Shown: positions 50,615 to 62,614 of the stretch, in pieces
Layout of the letters: every line of letters starts with the position of its first letter
Numbering within the stretch: position 1 is the first letter of the stretch
DNA from: Mobula hypostoma
Lineage: Eukaryota
Assembly (NCBI RefSeq): GCF_963921235.1
Contig: NC_086108.1
Location: forward strand, 45,448,001-45,512,000
Direction of reading: 5' to 3'
Length of the DNA: 64,000 bases
Translations under genes and position numbers: made by a program
Notes under the pieces: model-generated
Told to the model about the DNA's origin: nothing
The model's input: the letters and a program-made list of their open reading frames with translations, nothing else
The model's database searches: none

Positions 50615-50782
50615 AATGCACAGAAAAGCTGGAGGAGCTCAGTAGGACCTGATGAGTTTTGATGAAGGATTTTGGCCTGAAACATCATCTGTTTATTCCT
50701 CTCCATAGACACTGCCTGACCTGTTGATCATCTCCAGCATTTTTGTATGTGTCTCAAGATTTCCAGCATCTGCAGAATCTCT
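50615..50782. mobile_element. Short PLE-derived inverted fragment with degenerate hammerhead
   Basis: aaaagctggaggagctcagtagg ... ttgatgaaggattttggcctgaaacatc ... cctgttgatcatctccagcatttt. Confidence 0.65.
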
Positions 50783-50939
50783 CAAATCCTGCCTGCTAAC
50801 TCTGACATTTGGCTGATCTTTCTCATGGCATTTCTCTGTTGTACAGACCTCATGTACCAAGATTCTAATCCTAAAACCTATTGATCTCTATCTGTGCGTT
50901 GGGAGATCTTAAAAAGTGGGTTATTGCAGATTTTTCAGA

Positions 50940-51250
50940 GCCAGTTAATTACTTTCTGAGTGCAAACTGTTGTGTGATATTGACCACTGTAGGTTGTTAA
51001 ACGTGACCAAATAATTTATCTCAATTATGTAGTTTTAGAGTTAACTATTGACATGAAGACAAAAACTTATCTACACTTCTTCTGGGTTGTTTACAAAAGC
51101 AAGGAGGTAGAAGCTTGATTTTAATATCTTATTCTAGATATGGTACTACAGCTCCTATAGCTACAGCATACATTTAATACTGAAGTCTCTGGAATGGGAT
51201 TTCACATGACAATATCCAAATCTAGAGGTGAAAGTCCTTTCACTGAACTT
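50940..51250 (-). mobile_element. Ancient DeuSINE-like remnant
   Basis: gaagtctctggaatgggattt...agaggtgaaagt...cactgaac and ttttaatatcttattc resemble the tRNA head and Deu domain as I recall them; highly diverged. Confidence 0.4.
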
Positions 51251-52225
51251 AGACATACGCTTTGATAGGATCAAGACTGTTAATTTTCTTTTTTAGTCTC
51301 CAAAGCCTGCCTCTGCATTTACCCAAGGTATTTGGTTGCCTGCAGGAAGCATAGTTGTTAAAGTCAGAAACTTACAAACTGAGAACCAAAACAAAAGTTT
51401 CTGTGAGCACTCCGCAGGTCAAGCAGTATGCTTAGTGGAGAGAGAAATTGAATTAGATGGTCAATAACTAGATTTTTATTTTCACCACAGACTGAGGCAA
51501 GACAACATCGATGCCACAATGAATGTTCAGATATATGGCATCTAAGCTCAGACTACTGCCACAGAGCTTCTGAGTGCCAATGTTCAAAGAGGTATGCAGT
51601 AAAACTATCTTCCCAGATTAGTATGATTGCTGAAATTATATTCTGGAGGATACAGTAAAGTGGAACTGTGGATCAAGACAGGTTTGAGATAGCGTGAGAC
51701 AGTGCCGTTATAGTTAAGAAGTCAAGAGCACATGGCATTTAGAGTGGATCTCGAGGTTTAATGAGGGCAGCAATGAGGGAAAAAAAACACTTAAAAGTTT
51801 AAACACACCTCTGATTATGGGTCAATTTAAATTTCAGTTGAAGTCCCAATGGAATAAATTGGAGCTGAAGAAATTTTTTAAGCAAAGAACTATGGTTGTG
51901 GAAGCAAGTTTTGATCAACAACTTATCAAACAGAAATAATTGAGAATGCACATGGTAAAAGAGACAGATGAAAATAGATGCTAGAGAGAAGCATGGAGCT
52001 TCTTCGAAGTGGGCGTTGCTGGCTGGAAAATGGTAATGTATTTATGGAGTCAGTAACATACAGCACAGTTCTTTCCACCCACCATGTTCATGCGAACCAT
52101 CAAGTACTTATCTATACTCATCCCATTTAACAGCACTTGGTCCATAGCTTTCTATGTCTTTGCAATTCAGCTGCTCTTCTAGATGCTTCATAAATGTCTG
52201 CATCCCCCATCTTCTCAGGTAGTCA

Positions 52226-52622
52226 CTGAAATCCCTCGGAGAAAAGAAAGCGCCGGATCACTCAATCAGCTCAAAAACACACAATCAAAATGTAAATCAT
52301 GGGTTCCAATAGAAGCAGATTCACATCTGAAAGAAGAAGTAAAAAAAGTAGTTTTGTGAACTGCCTGAAGGATGTTGGCTTTGGTTGCCATCTTCTTCCA
52401 TTTAATCCAAGATTTAAACATATATTCTTTGTACCTTGGTAAGCACTTGGATCCAATCATGTCAGGAAGCATTCACTGAACAAAATATAAATTCAAAATG
52501 TAAATTCTTGAAGAATCATGTGCACACTAACAGAAATATATTTATTGTTGTTCTACAACAGCTGCATAATAAAGTGAACTTCCATGGTTCACAGTTACTT
52601 GTGAACAGTTTTTACATAAAAA
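52226..52622 (+). mobile_element. DNA transposon fragment (Tigger/pogo-like?)
   Basis: 52226-52320 is the reverse complement of ~63890-63995. Confidence 0.5.
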
Positions 52623-52625
52623 CTT

Positions 52626-52850
52626 GGGCTCGTGGACAAGTGGTTAAGGCGTTTATCTAGTGATCTGAAGGTCGCTGGTTCGAGCCTCAGCTGAGGCAGC
52701 GTGTTTGTGTCCTTGAGCAAGGCACTTAACCACACATTGCTCTAGCCTGTGCGAGGAGTGGCGCCCCACACAGACTTCAAACCTGCACCTTGTAAGGCAT
52801 GAAAATGCTCAACGCAGGCCTCTCATGGTCTGAGTTGACGTTCCCTTTTT
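52626..52850 (+). mobile_element. tRNA-derived SINE with CORE-like domain
   Basis: A-box tggacaagtgg, B-box ggttcgagcc, gtgtccttgagcaaggcacttaacc. Confidence 0.7.
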
Positions 52851-55039
52851 ACATAAGGACGTAAAATTCAGGTCCAAGAGTAAGCCGATGAGCTTTTCAA
52901 GACTGTTTTGTCTTACAGCAAGATCATGGATAATCCAGTCTTAGTTTAGCAGCACTTTTCTGCAGTCACCCTTACTATTTGACTTACATGTGACTGTCCA
53001 TCTCTGAGCTGAAAATATACTGTGGCTCCTCCTGCAGCAGAACATTTTAAATATTCATGGTCCTCCATAAAAATAAACTCCATCTGAAAAGGCCAACCCG
53101 TAGCCTGAATCAATGGCTTATGCTTCCAGATACCTCCACTAGAGGAACCATCTTCTCAGCTACACCCCGTCAATACCCCTGAAAATGTTATGAGTTGCAG
53201 TTAGATTACCCTTCATTTTACTAAATTCCAATGAGTACAAGCCCAACCTGCTCAACATTTCTTCATACATCAACCCCTTTTGACCAGGAATCAACCTTTT
53301 TTTGCAATATATTATTCCTTAACTACAGACTCTAAGATGGTATGCATGTTCCACCAGCACCTTGTAAAATTGTAACAAAACTTCCCGACATTTACATATC
53401 ATCCCCCTTGTAATAAAGATCATGCGGATTCTCAATCACAGAGTATAAATCAGAATGTGCACTTTATAAAGTTTTGTACAGAAAATGAAAGGGAGAAAAT
53501 GATGGGATCAAGAGAGAAAGAAGAGAGAAAAAATGTAAAAGAAATATTTTATTTTAATTTATAATTTCAAAATTACTTCAGAAATAACTAAAGTCTGAAA
53601 TAAGTATTTTGAAGTTTCAATGCTAGGCAATTTGTTTGGCAGTTTTAAGTTTTATTGCACTACCAAAATCCACATTTTCTTGAACGGCCCAATCCCAATG
53701 TTTCCTGCCATATTTGTTTTGCACATTAATTCTCCATTTCCACATCCTTATGCAGCTCTTTTAGTACAGGCTGTTTCTGTGTAATGAAAGGACATCCTTA
53801 AGTCAAATTTGCCCATATGTTGGAAATTACACAAAAAATTATTGGAAATGGTAACCATTTGTGATGAGTGACATCAAAAGCACAGAAGCATATAAGGCTG
53901 ATAAGAAATGGTATCTGAGAGGAAACTAACTCTGCCCTTTATAGGAACTGATGTAGGTAATTATGTCGGACTTTTGAATGCAGTAATTTATGGGAGCTTG
54001 TTTGTTTGGAAAGAGTGTTCATAAGTTTAGCATTTATAACCCAGGACAGTCTGTTGATATTTCACAGTGAACTTCTGACAAAGAGGTGACTTTGTTGGCA
54101 AGTTCCTAACATCTGTGTTCAACTGCACATGTGCAGTTGTGAAAGTTACTTTCGGATTACTTTCTAGTAATAGTGAACACTGATTGATTCCCGTTATTTC
54201 GACTTTAAAGTTTGGTCTGTGGTTTTAGAAGGTGGAAAGCAATCTAGAATAACTGTTATCTGTCACCTTTACTGAATATCTTTCACTCAAAAGCAACAGT
54301 TCAGTTTATGTACTAATATCAAGTTTCACAGGAGTCAATAACCTAAATTGAAGTGAAGGTAATACAAAACCATACAAAGCTACTAAGATTAAATTAGCTA
54401 CCTACCCTGCCCCTCCCATCATCATTTAATCCTAAAACATTTAGCTGCAATATAGTTAGCTTGTTGGATATAATAAGCAAGGCATTGAGTGCATCATGGT
54501 TGCATGCACTGCAAGTTGTTTTCATGTTGCTAAAAAGACTAAGAAAGCCAAATGAAAAGTAAAGGTGAAAGGTTAAGATCCACTATGTGGGGTATTGTGA
54601 GGATTAAAATGATCAAGAAAGCATGTATATCAGAAAAATACTGATTAGGTCATGTGTAGTTTTTCAAACTCAGCCAGTAGTAAGATGGAAAGACTAAGGG
54701 AAGTAAAAGTTTTGACTTTAAAGTCCTGGGAAACTAAATGAATTGAGATATAGACAATGGGGTTCTAATAACTATTGTACATATTTTGTTTCACCAAAGA
54801 AAGAAAGCAAGGAAAATGGAAAAACTCTGTCTTTACTGGTAATTAACATATGGCATTGATGATGATACTGTGCAGAGGAGTTGGAAACCTGTATGGAAAT
54901 TGGGCAGCATGTAGATTATTTAAAGAAGATAAGTTATGGTGGATCTACTACAAGAAATGCAAGTAAGGTTGTTTCAGGGTAATCGAGACCAGACTGTAAC
55001 CTGCAGTGAAAATGATAATGTGTGTGAAACAATACCAAC

Positions 55040-55133
55040 CGAACAGAGAACAGCGAGGAAATTTCCAAATTCTGCAGATTTCTTTCCAGGGACAGCATGA
55101 GTATGTCCAAACAAACCTTCAAATATGTACTAC
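55040..55133 (-). CDS. Candidate coding exon ending in phase 2 (acceptor at 55133 or 55116)
   Basis: STYLKVCLDILMLSLERNLQNLEISSLFSV(R); donor CG|gttggt; phase matches the 46885 exon. Weak acceptor. Confidence 0.35.
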
Positions 55134-56349
55134 CTAATGGAGTCAATTTTTTAACTGCTGCTTGTGGAACGTGCCATACACAAATTAGTCAACTTGCATA
55201 CCTACGAGATAATCAAAAAGCAAAAACTGAATATGCTGGAAATCTGAAATAACACAAAATGACAGACGCAATCAGCAGTTCAGCCAGCATCTATGGAGAG
55301 AGAAATGGACTCAACGTTTCCGGTTGATAGCCTTCAGGAGAGTGGCTTACACTTCCAAAGTAATTCATTGATAATGAAGCTTATAAGTGTGAAAAGTACT
55401 TTATAAATTTTACTTTTCATCTTTTTTTCTTTTTCTATTTGCACAGTTAGTTGACCTTTGCACATTGGTTTTATGTCCATCTTGTTGGGTGCAATCTTTC
55501 ACTGATTCTATTGTGTTTCGTTGTATTTGCTGGGAATGCCGGCAAGCAAATGAATCTTAACATTGTAAATGGTGATGTATACCATATGTACTCTGATAGT
55601 AAATGTTCTTTGAACTTTTAATTTTATCTGAAGACACCAAATATTCTTGTACAGTTCTATAGATGGCAATACTTTCTATTCCCTCATTGAAGTTGAAGAA
55701 TAAACATGGATTATTGATGGTGGTTAATTTGAGGATGCGTAACAGCTAAACTAGTCATAGAAACCTAGGAATTACAATAAGGTGCTCAGAGCTGCTGTCT
55801 ATTCCACTACACAGTCCGATCATGAATGAGTTGAACCTTATTTCAATTTAGCTGCCTGGTTTCCATATCCCTTAATATCCTTACATAACAAAAAAAACAT
55901 TTATTTTGACAGTTTCAATTGATTCAGCAACAACACCTTGTTGGGACCAGGAATTCAAGATACACATTACTCTTTACATCAAAATGTGTGTTCTGACATT
56001 ATCTTTCAGTGCGCCAGCTGTAATTTTGGTACCCTGCCAAAACGAATGTAGAATTTGTGAGGGACAATTTGTAAGTGGAATGCTGCTATAAATCACTATT
56101 TCATTGATGTTGCCCTGTCTTAGTTCTCACCTGAGTTCTCAATAGCAGAATGAAGCTGCTTTAGCTTCCAGGGAGGTGGCACTGGGATTACTTCTCTTGA
56201 GCAAATCGTGTCCTGTGGTAGGTGGTCAAGGTCAAGACCACCATTGCTGGGTGTGAAGAGTCACTATTTGTGAAGGGCAATGCTGGGAGATCATATGGGC
56301 TTTGGAATCAGAACAAAAGTGATCAGAGGCTCCATCATATTCTTCTCGT

Positions 56350-56605
56350 TTAGTATTGGAAGTAGGTACAGAGGAGATGTCAGGGGTAGGTTCTCACACA
56401 GAGAGTGGTGAGTGCGTGGAATGGGCTGCCAGCGGCGGTAGTGGAGGCGGAAACAATAGGGTCTTTTAAGAGACTCCTGAGTGGATACATGGAGCTTAGA
56501 AAAATAGAGGGCTATGGGTAAAGCCTAGGTAGTTCTATGATAGGGACATGTTCAGCACAGCTTTGTGGACCGAAGGTCCTGTATTGTGCTGTATGTTTTC
56601 TATGA
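56350..56605 (+). mobile_element. CR1 3' fragment
   Basis: cacacagagagtggtgagtgcgtggaatgggctgcc...gaccgaaggtcctgtattgtgctg. Confidence 0.8.
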
Positions 56606-57949
56606 CAAGATTATTAAATTAAAGATGAGAACCTTTCAGAACAGATCAGAAATGAACATAAAGCAACCTTTCATTCCTTATTTACCCACCCACGAATATA
56701 TATGGACCTGCGCAAACAATACAGTTTTGCAGGGTTGCTATAACCCATTGGGTAAAGCTGTTTATACTATTTGTACTTTTTGATGGAAAGTAGCTACAGA
56801 TAAATCAAATATCTAGAGAAATGCCTTTTCAATTGAACAAAGTCATGCAGTCACTAAAGGGAGAGTGAGTATAAAAAAATCATCCGTATGATACATTAGT
56901 TGAGAAATATTAATAACCTTTATAATTAATAATTTATGATCAGATTAAATGTAAGTGATTGTAGTCTGGGATGGGTGGATAATTTGTACATATTGGTCCT
57001 CAGAGAGTTATCAGATAATTCCTTTCAAACAAACAGTAGAAGTGAGTATGGAATGAGCTACAGAGAAGCTGAAAACTATGATCCCTTTATTTTTCCCTTA
57101 TCCCAGGGGTAACCATGGCAGAAATCTTTAATTTTCAATCATTTTCTGTTTGTTTTTTCTTTAAATGCAAGTTTCTTTGGTTAGGTGTACTCAGGTGCCC
57201 AGCTATTAGGAAGAAGTCAAGCTATTCATTTAATTATTTTTTCTAGAATAATATAAATATAATAATCGTTTGATCCCCAGAAAAAATAAATTAAATAAAG
57301 GATTAAAGTCAGATATTTCATCTCCCAAACAAACTATAGCTGAATCTAGAATGTTTTGTTAATCTTACTGACTATATCTCCTACTTTCAAAGGTAGTCAT
57401 AACAAGCTACCATTGTGAAACAGGATAGAAGCATATCAATAGCTTATTTCTAAATGTTGCAAGTTAATTTTGCTTTCCTCATCTCATTGGCCTTGAATTA
57501 ATGACTGTGGTTAAGAAAGTCAAATAAAGCATACAAACCATAATCAGCATAATCTGTAACAGATTGATAATTAAAAAATAATCCTAGTAGACAGACAAAC
57601 AACTACTATTAACAAGCAAAGCAGTTTTAAGGTTCAATTTCATGCAACCCTATGCAACATTTCAACATCCCAAATAAGGGAAGTTCTTAGACATTTGATC
57701 ATAGCTCCTAAGTCTAACACCCACCCCAACTTTCAATTTCTTTACACTTTCAATAAGATTTAATTACTTCCATGTGTAATCTTAAGCTGGAGGATCATAA
57801 CAATACATAGTTAGAGCATTTAAAAGCCTCAGCTTTTTACTTCTGTATCAATAAAAAAAATCAGCAAAGGCCTATCGAGCATTTCTAGTTACAGGACAAG
57901 GTAAATGTCATTTACTTTCTTTCTCTAGAATGAAAGCTTAGAATAGAGT

Positions 57950-58100
57950 AGCACACATCAAAGTTGCTTCGTCAGGGTCTCGGCCTGAAATGTCGACTGT
58001 ACCTCTTCCTAGAGATGCTGCCTGGCCTGCTGCGTTCACCAGCAACTTTGATGTGTGTTGCTTGAATTTCCAGCATCTGCAGAATTCCTCGTGTTTGTGA
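57950..58100 (+). mobile_element. Short PLE-derived element with inverted arms and a partial hammerhead
   Basis: cacacatcaaagttgc...gcaactttgatgtgtg inverted pair; ggtctcggcctgaaatgtcgactg matches ~38755-38835. Confidence 0.75.
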
Positions 58101-58224
58101 CTTAGAACAGAGCTCTGCTTTTTTGTGGGAGCGTGATTTTCGACCTGCTTAACTCCCCCAAAAGTAACTAAGTTTTAGTAATTGCTTTCAAAACAGTAAT
58201 GTAGTTAACAATTACTGAAGAAGG

Positions 58225-59400
58225 AATGACAGTGGTCTTGTAGCTCATAAAAGTAGATAAGTTCCTGGGACCTGACCAAATATACTCTAGGACACTGAAG
58301 GAAGCAAGAGAAAAAAATGCTGGGACCTTGGCAGAATTTTTTATGTCTTCCTTGGCTGTAATGAGGTACTAGAAGACTGGTAGGTGGCTAATGGGGCACC
58401 TTTACTTAAGAAGAGCTACAAGGACAAGCCAGGGAACTAGAAGCAGGGGAGTCTAATATCAGCAATGGAAAATTACTGGAGGGAATTCTGAGAGATAGAA
58501 GCTGTCAGTTTTTGGAAGGCAAGGACTGATTAGAATTAGTCAGCTTAGCTTTATGCATGGGAAGTCATGTCACAAATCTATTACAGTCTTTTGTAAAGGT
58601 GACAAAGAGGATTGACGAGGCCAGGGCAGTGTACATTCTCTTTGTAGACTTGACTAAGGCTCTTGACAAGGTCCCATATGGTAGGCTGGTGCAGAAGGTG
58701 AGACCACATGGAATCTAGGGTGTGTTAGCCATGTAGATACAAAGTTGGCTTGGTGGAAGGTATCAGAAGGTTGCAGGGCAGGGTTATTTTTCAAATTGGA
58801 GATCTGTAACCCTGCCACAGGGACCAATGCTTGATCCCCGGTTGTTCGTCACATACGTTCCTGATTTGGATGAGGATGTTGGTGGCAGTGATTAGTGAGT
58901 TTGTGTAATTCACTTAAATTAGTGGTGTGGTGGACAGTGAAGAAAAAATTCTGAGGTTATAACAGGATCTAGATTAAATGAGAAAGTGGGCAAAGGAATG
59001 ATAGACAGAATTTAAGTCAGACAAGTATGACATAATGCATTTTGTGAAGATAAAGCTGGGCAAAGCATACATGGTGCATGGCAGGGCCTTGGGGATTCTT
59101 ATAGAAGAAAGAGATCTAAGATATCAGTGCACAGTTCCCTGAAAGTGGTAACAGTGTTAGAGAAGATAGAGAAGAAGACATATGGCATCCTTGCCTTCAT
59201 CAAGGCATTGAAGACAAGAGCTGAGTTGATATATTGCAGTTACTGCTGTGCAAGGTATTGGTGAGAATACCTGGTGTACTATGTTCAGTTTGGTCACCAG
59301 ACTATAGGAACAATGTGATTATGCTAAAGACGCTGCTGAAAATATTCATAAGGAAGTTGCCAGGACTGGAGGACTTGGGTTAATAGAAGAGACTGCTTAT
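58225..59400 (+). mobile_element. Old decayed CR1 ORF2 fragment
   Basis: DKFLGPD, EDW*VAN, KDKPGN*, KALDKVPYGRL, LPQGPML motifs with many stops. Confidence 0.8.
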
Positions 59401-59409
59401 GCCTCTTAG

Positions 59410-62160
59410 AAGTGATTGCCTTTTCATTGGCTATGTAGAACAGTCCATGCTCCAAACCTTACCCAGTAATGCTCCCCAGCTCTTCCTCCGCTACATTAAC
59501 TACTGCATTGGTGCTGCTTCATGAGCTCATCAATTTCATCAGCTTTGCCTCTAACTTCCACCCTGCCCTTAAATTCACTTGGTCCATTTCTGACATCTCC
59601 TGGTCCTTCCTCAATCTCTCTGCCTTCATCTCCAGAGACAAACTGTTGAATGACATCTTTCATACACCTACCAATTCCCATAGCTATCTTGACTATACCA
59701 CTTCCCACCCTGTCTCCTGTAAAAATGCCACTCCCTTTTCTCAGTTCCTTTGTCTCTGCCGCATCTGTGTCTCCATTTTCCAGGACATCAGAAATGTTCT
59801 CCTTCAAAGAATGGGATTTCCCTTCCTCCACTATTGATGCAGCTCTCGCCCACATCTTCTCCATTTTCCACACACCTGCGCTCACCCCATCTTCCTGCTG
59901 TCTCGACAGTGATAGAGTTCCTCTTGTTCTTACCTACCACCCCATGAGCCTCTGCATTCAAAACATCATCCTCTGCAACCTCCGCCATCTCCAAAGGGAT
60001 ACTACCACCAAACATATCTTTACCTTCCCTCCCCTCTCTGCTTTCTGCAGGGATAACTCCATCCATGATTCCCTTGTCCATTTGTCCCTCCTCACTAATC
60101 TCCCTCCCAGCACTTACCCTGCAAGCAGCTAAGGTGCTCAACCTGCCCATACACCTCCTCCCTCACCTCCATTCAGGGACCCTGATGAGGCATCACTTCA
60201 CCTGTGGATCTGCTGTGGTCATCAATTGTGTCCGGTGCTTTGAGGATATAACAAGCGCAGTGGATAGAGGGTAACAGATGGACGTTATTTACTTGGATTT
60301 CCAGAAGGCATTTGATAAGGTGCCGCATAAAAGACTTATCCATAAGATAAGGATGCATAGAGTTGGGGGTGATGTATTAGCATGGATAGAGGATTGGTTA
60401 ACCAATAGAAAGCAGAGAGTCAGTACTGGGCCCGCAACTGTTCACGACATACACTAACGATCTTGAAGAGGGATCTGTGTAGTGTATCTAAGTTTGCTGA
60501 TGATACTAAATTAAGTAGAAAAGCAAAAAACAAAGATACAGAGAGTCTGCAGAGAGATATAAAAAGGTTAAGTGAGTGGGCAAAAGTCTGACAGATGGAG
60601 TACAATGTTGGTAAATGTGAGGTCATCCAGTTTGGAAGGAGAAATGAAAGAACAGATTATTATTTAAATGGTAAAAATATGCAGCATGCTGCTGTGCAGA
60701 GGGACTTGGGAGAGCTTGTACATGAATCACAAAAGGTTGGTTTGCAGGTGCAGCAGGCTATCAAGAAGGCAAATGGAATGTTGGCCTTCATTGCTAGAGG
60801 GATTGAATTCAAGAGCAGGAGGTTATGCTACAACTATACAGGGTACTGGTGAGGTCCTTCCTGGAGTACTGCATGCAGTTCTGGTCTCCGTACTTGAGGA
60901 AGGATATACTGGCTTTGGAGGTGGTGCAGAGGAGGTTCACTGGCTTGTTTCCGGAGATGAGGGGGTTAGGCTATGAGGAGAGATTGAGTTGCCTGGGACT
61001 GTACTCACTGAAGTTCAGAAGAATGAGAGGAGATCTTATAGAAACATATAAAATTATGAATGGGTTAGATAAGATTGAGGCAGGAAAATTGTTTCTGCTG
61101 ATAGCTGGAGACTAGAACCAGGGGACGTAGCCTCAAGATTCAGGGGAGTAGATTTAGGAAGGAGATGAGGAGGAACTGCTTTTCCCAAAGAGTGGTGAAT
61201 CTGTGGAATTCTGTGCCCAATGAAGCAGTGGAAGCTCCCTCAGTAAATATATTTAAGATCAAGTTAGATAGATTTTTGCACAGTAAGGGACTTAAGACTT
61301 ATGGAGAAAAGGCAGGTAGGTGGAGATGAGTCCATAGTCAGATCAGCCATGATCTTATTGAATGGCAGAGCAGGCTTGACGGGCCAGATGGCCTACTCCT
61401 GTTCCTATTTCTTAAGTTCTTATGTGCTCCCGACGCATCCTGCTCTACATTGGTGAAACCCATCGTAAAATGGGGGACTGCTTCGTCAAGCATCTCTGCT
61501 CCATCTGCCAAGGGTGGAACTATTCTGGTGGTCAAACATTTTAATGCCAATTCCCATTCCCTTTCTAACATGTCTGTCTATGGAATCTTCTTGTGGCAAG
61601 ATGAGGCCATCCTCAGGGTGGAGGAGCAACACCTTGTATTCATCTGTGTAGCCTCCATCCTGATGGGATGAATATGGATTTCTCTTTCTGGTTAAAAAAA
61701 TAATTCCTCCTCCTTGCCTCTTCTTCTGTTCCCCACTCTGGCTACTTACCTCTTCTCAGCTGCCTATCACCTCCCCCTGGGCCCCCTCCTCCTTCCCTTT
61801 CTCCCATGATCCACTCTCCTCTCCCATCAGGTGCCTTTCTCTCCAGCCCTTTACCGTCCTCACCTGCCTGGCTTCACCTATCACCTTCTAGCTAGTCCTT
61901 CTTCCCCTCCCCCCAGTTTTTTATTCTGGTGTCCTCCCCATTCCTGCTCAGTCCCGAAGAAGGGTCTTGGCCCAAAATATTGACTGTTTATTTATTTCCA
62001 TGGATGCTGCCTGACCTCCGGTTCCTCCAGTATTTTTTAAATTACTATAAATTGCACCTTGCACATTTAGACAGAGATGTAACATAAAGATTTTTACTCT
62101 TCATGTATGTGAAGGATACAAGAAATAAAGTCAATTCAATGTGTTGCTCTGGATTTGTTG
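59410..62160 (+). mobile_element. Penelope-like element fragment (RT C-terminus, GIY-YIG, pLTR), split by a CR1
   Basis: FASNFHPALKFTWSISD..KPT-like HTPTNSHSYLDY; DRVPLVLTYHP; resumes at ~61423 with LLYIGET; degenerate hammerhead at ~61950-61986. Confidence 0.88.
60240..61422 (+). mobile_element. 5'-truncated CR1 inserted in the PLE GIY-YIG region
   Basis: YLDFQKAFDKV, KFADDTK, MEYNVGKCEV, VQRRFT; tail ttcttaagttcttatg. Confidence 0.92.
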
Positions 62161-62614
62161 GGGCTGGAATGACCTGAAGAGTTTTATAAAGTGAGGGTCA
62201 CAGAGAAGGTGGATGAGCACTGTGTTTTTCCAAGGTTAGGAGAGTTTAAACCTGAGAGCATAGGTTTAAGGTGAGAAGGGGATTTGAGGGGCAAGTTTTT
62301 CCATACAGAGGATGTTGGATCTGTGGAACAACTTGCCAGAGGATGTGGAATAAGCAGGTACAGTTACAAAGTTCAGAAGACATTTGGACACTGATGGATA
62401 GCAAAGGTTTAGAGGGATATCAGTATGGATGTTTTCAGCCTTAGGGCCCATTTCCTTTGTGGATAACCCCATAACACTGAAATAGGCACAGAAGATATAG
62501 AAAAATGGTTAACATTAACCTAACAGTAGCAATTTATTAGTTTACAAATGGGAATTATGTCAAGGATTTTTAATCTACATTACACCAGCAGGAAGCATTC
62601 TAGTGGTGATTATT

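Noticed and set aside
52230..52330. Minus-strand exon after a strong polypyrimidine acceptor
   Set aside because: The sequence has a second copy at ~63890-63995 and looks like a DNA-transposon fragment.
52626..52700. tRNA gene (also ~6320 and ~41761)
   Set aside because: A/B boxes run into SINE body domains and tails; no convincing acceptor stem.
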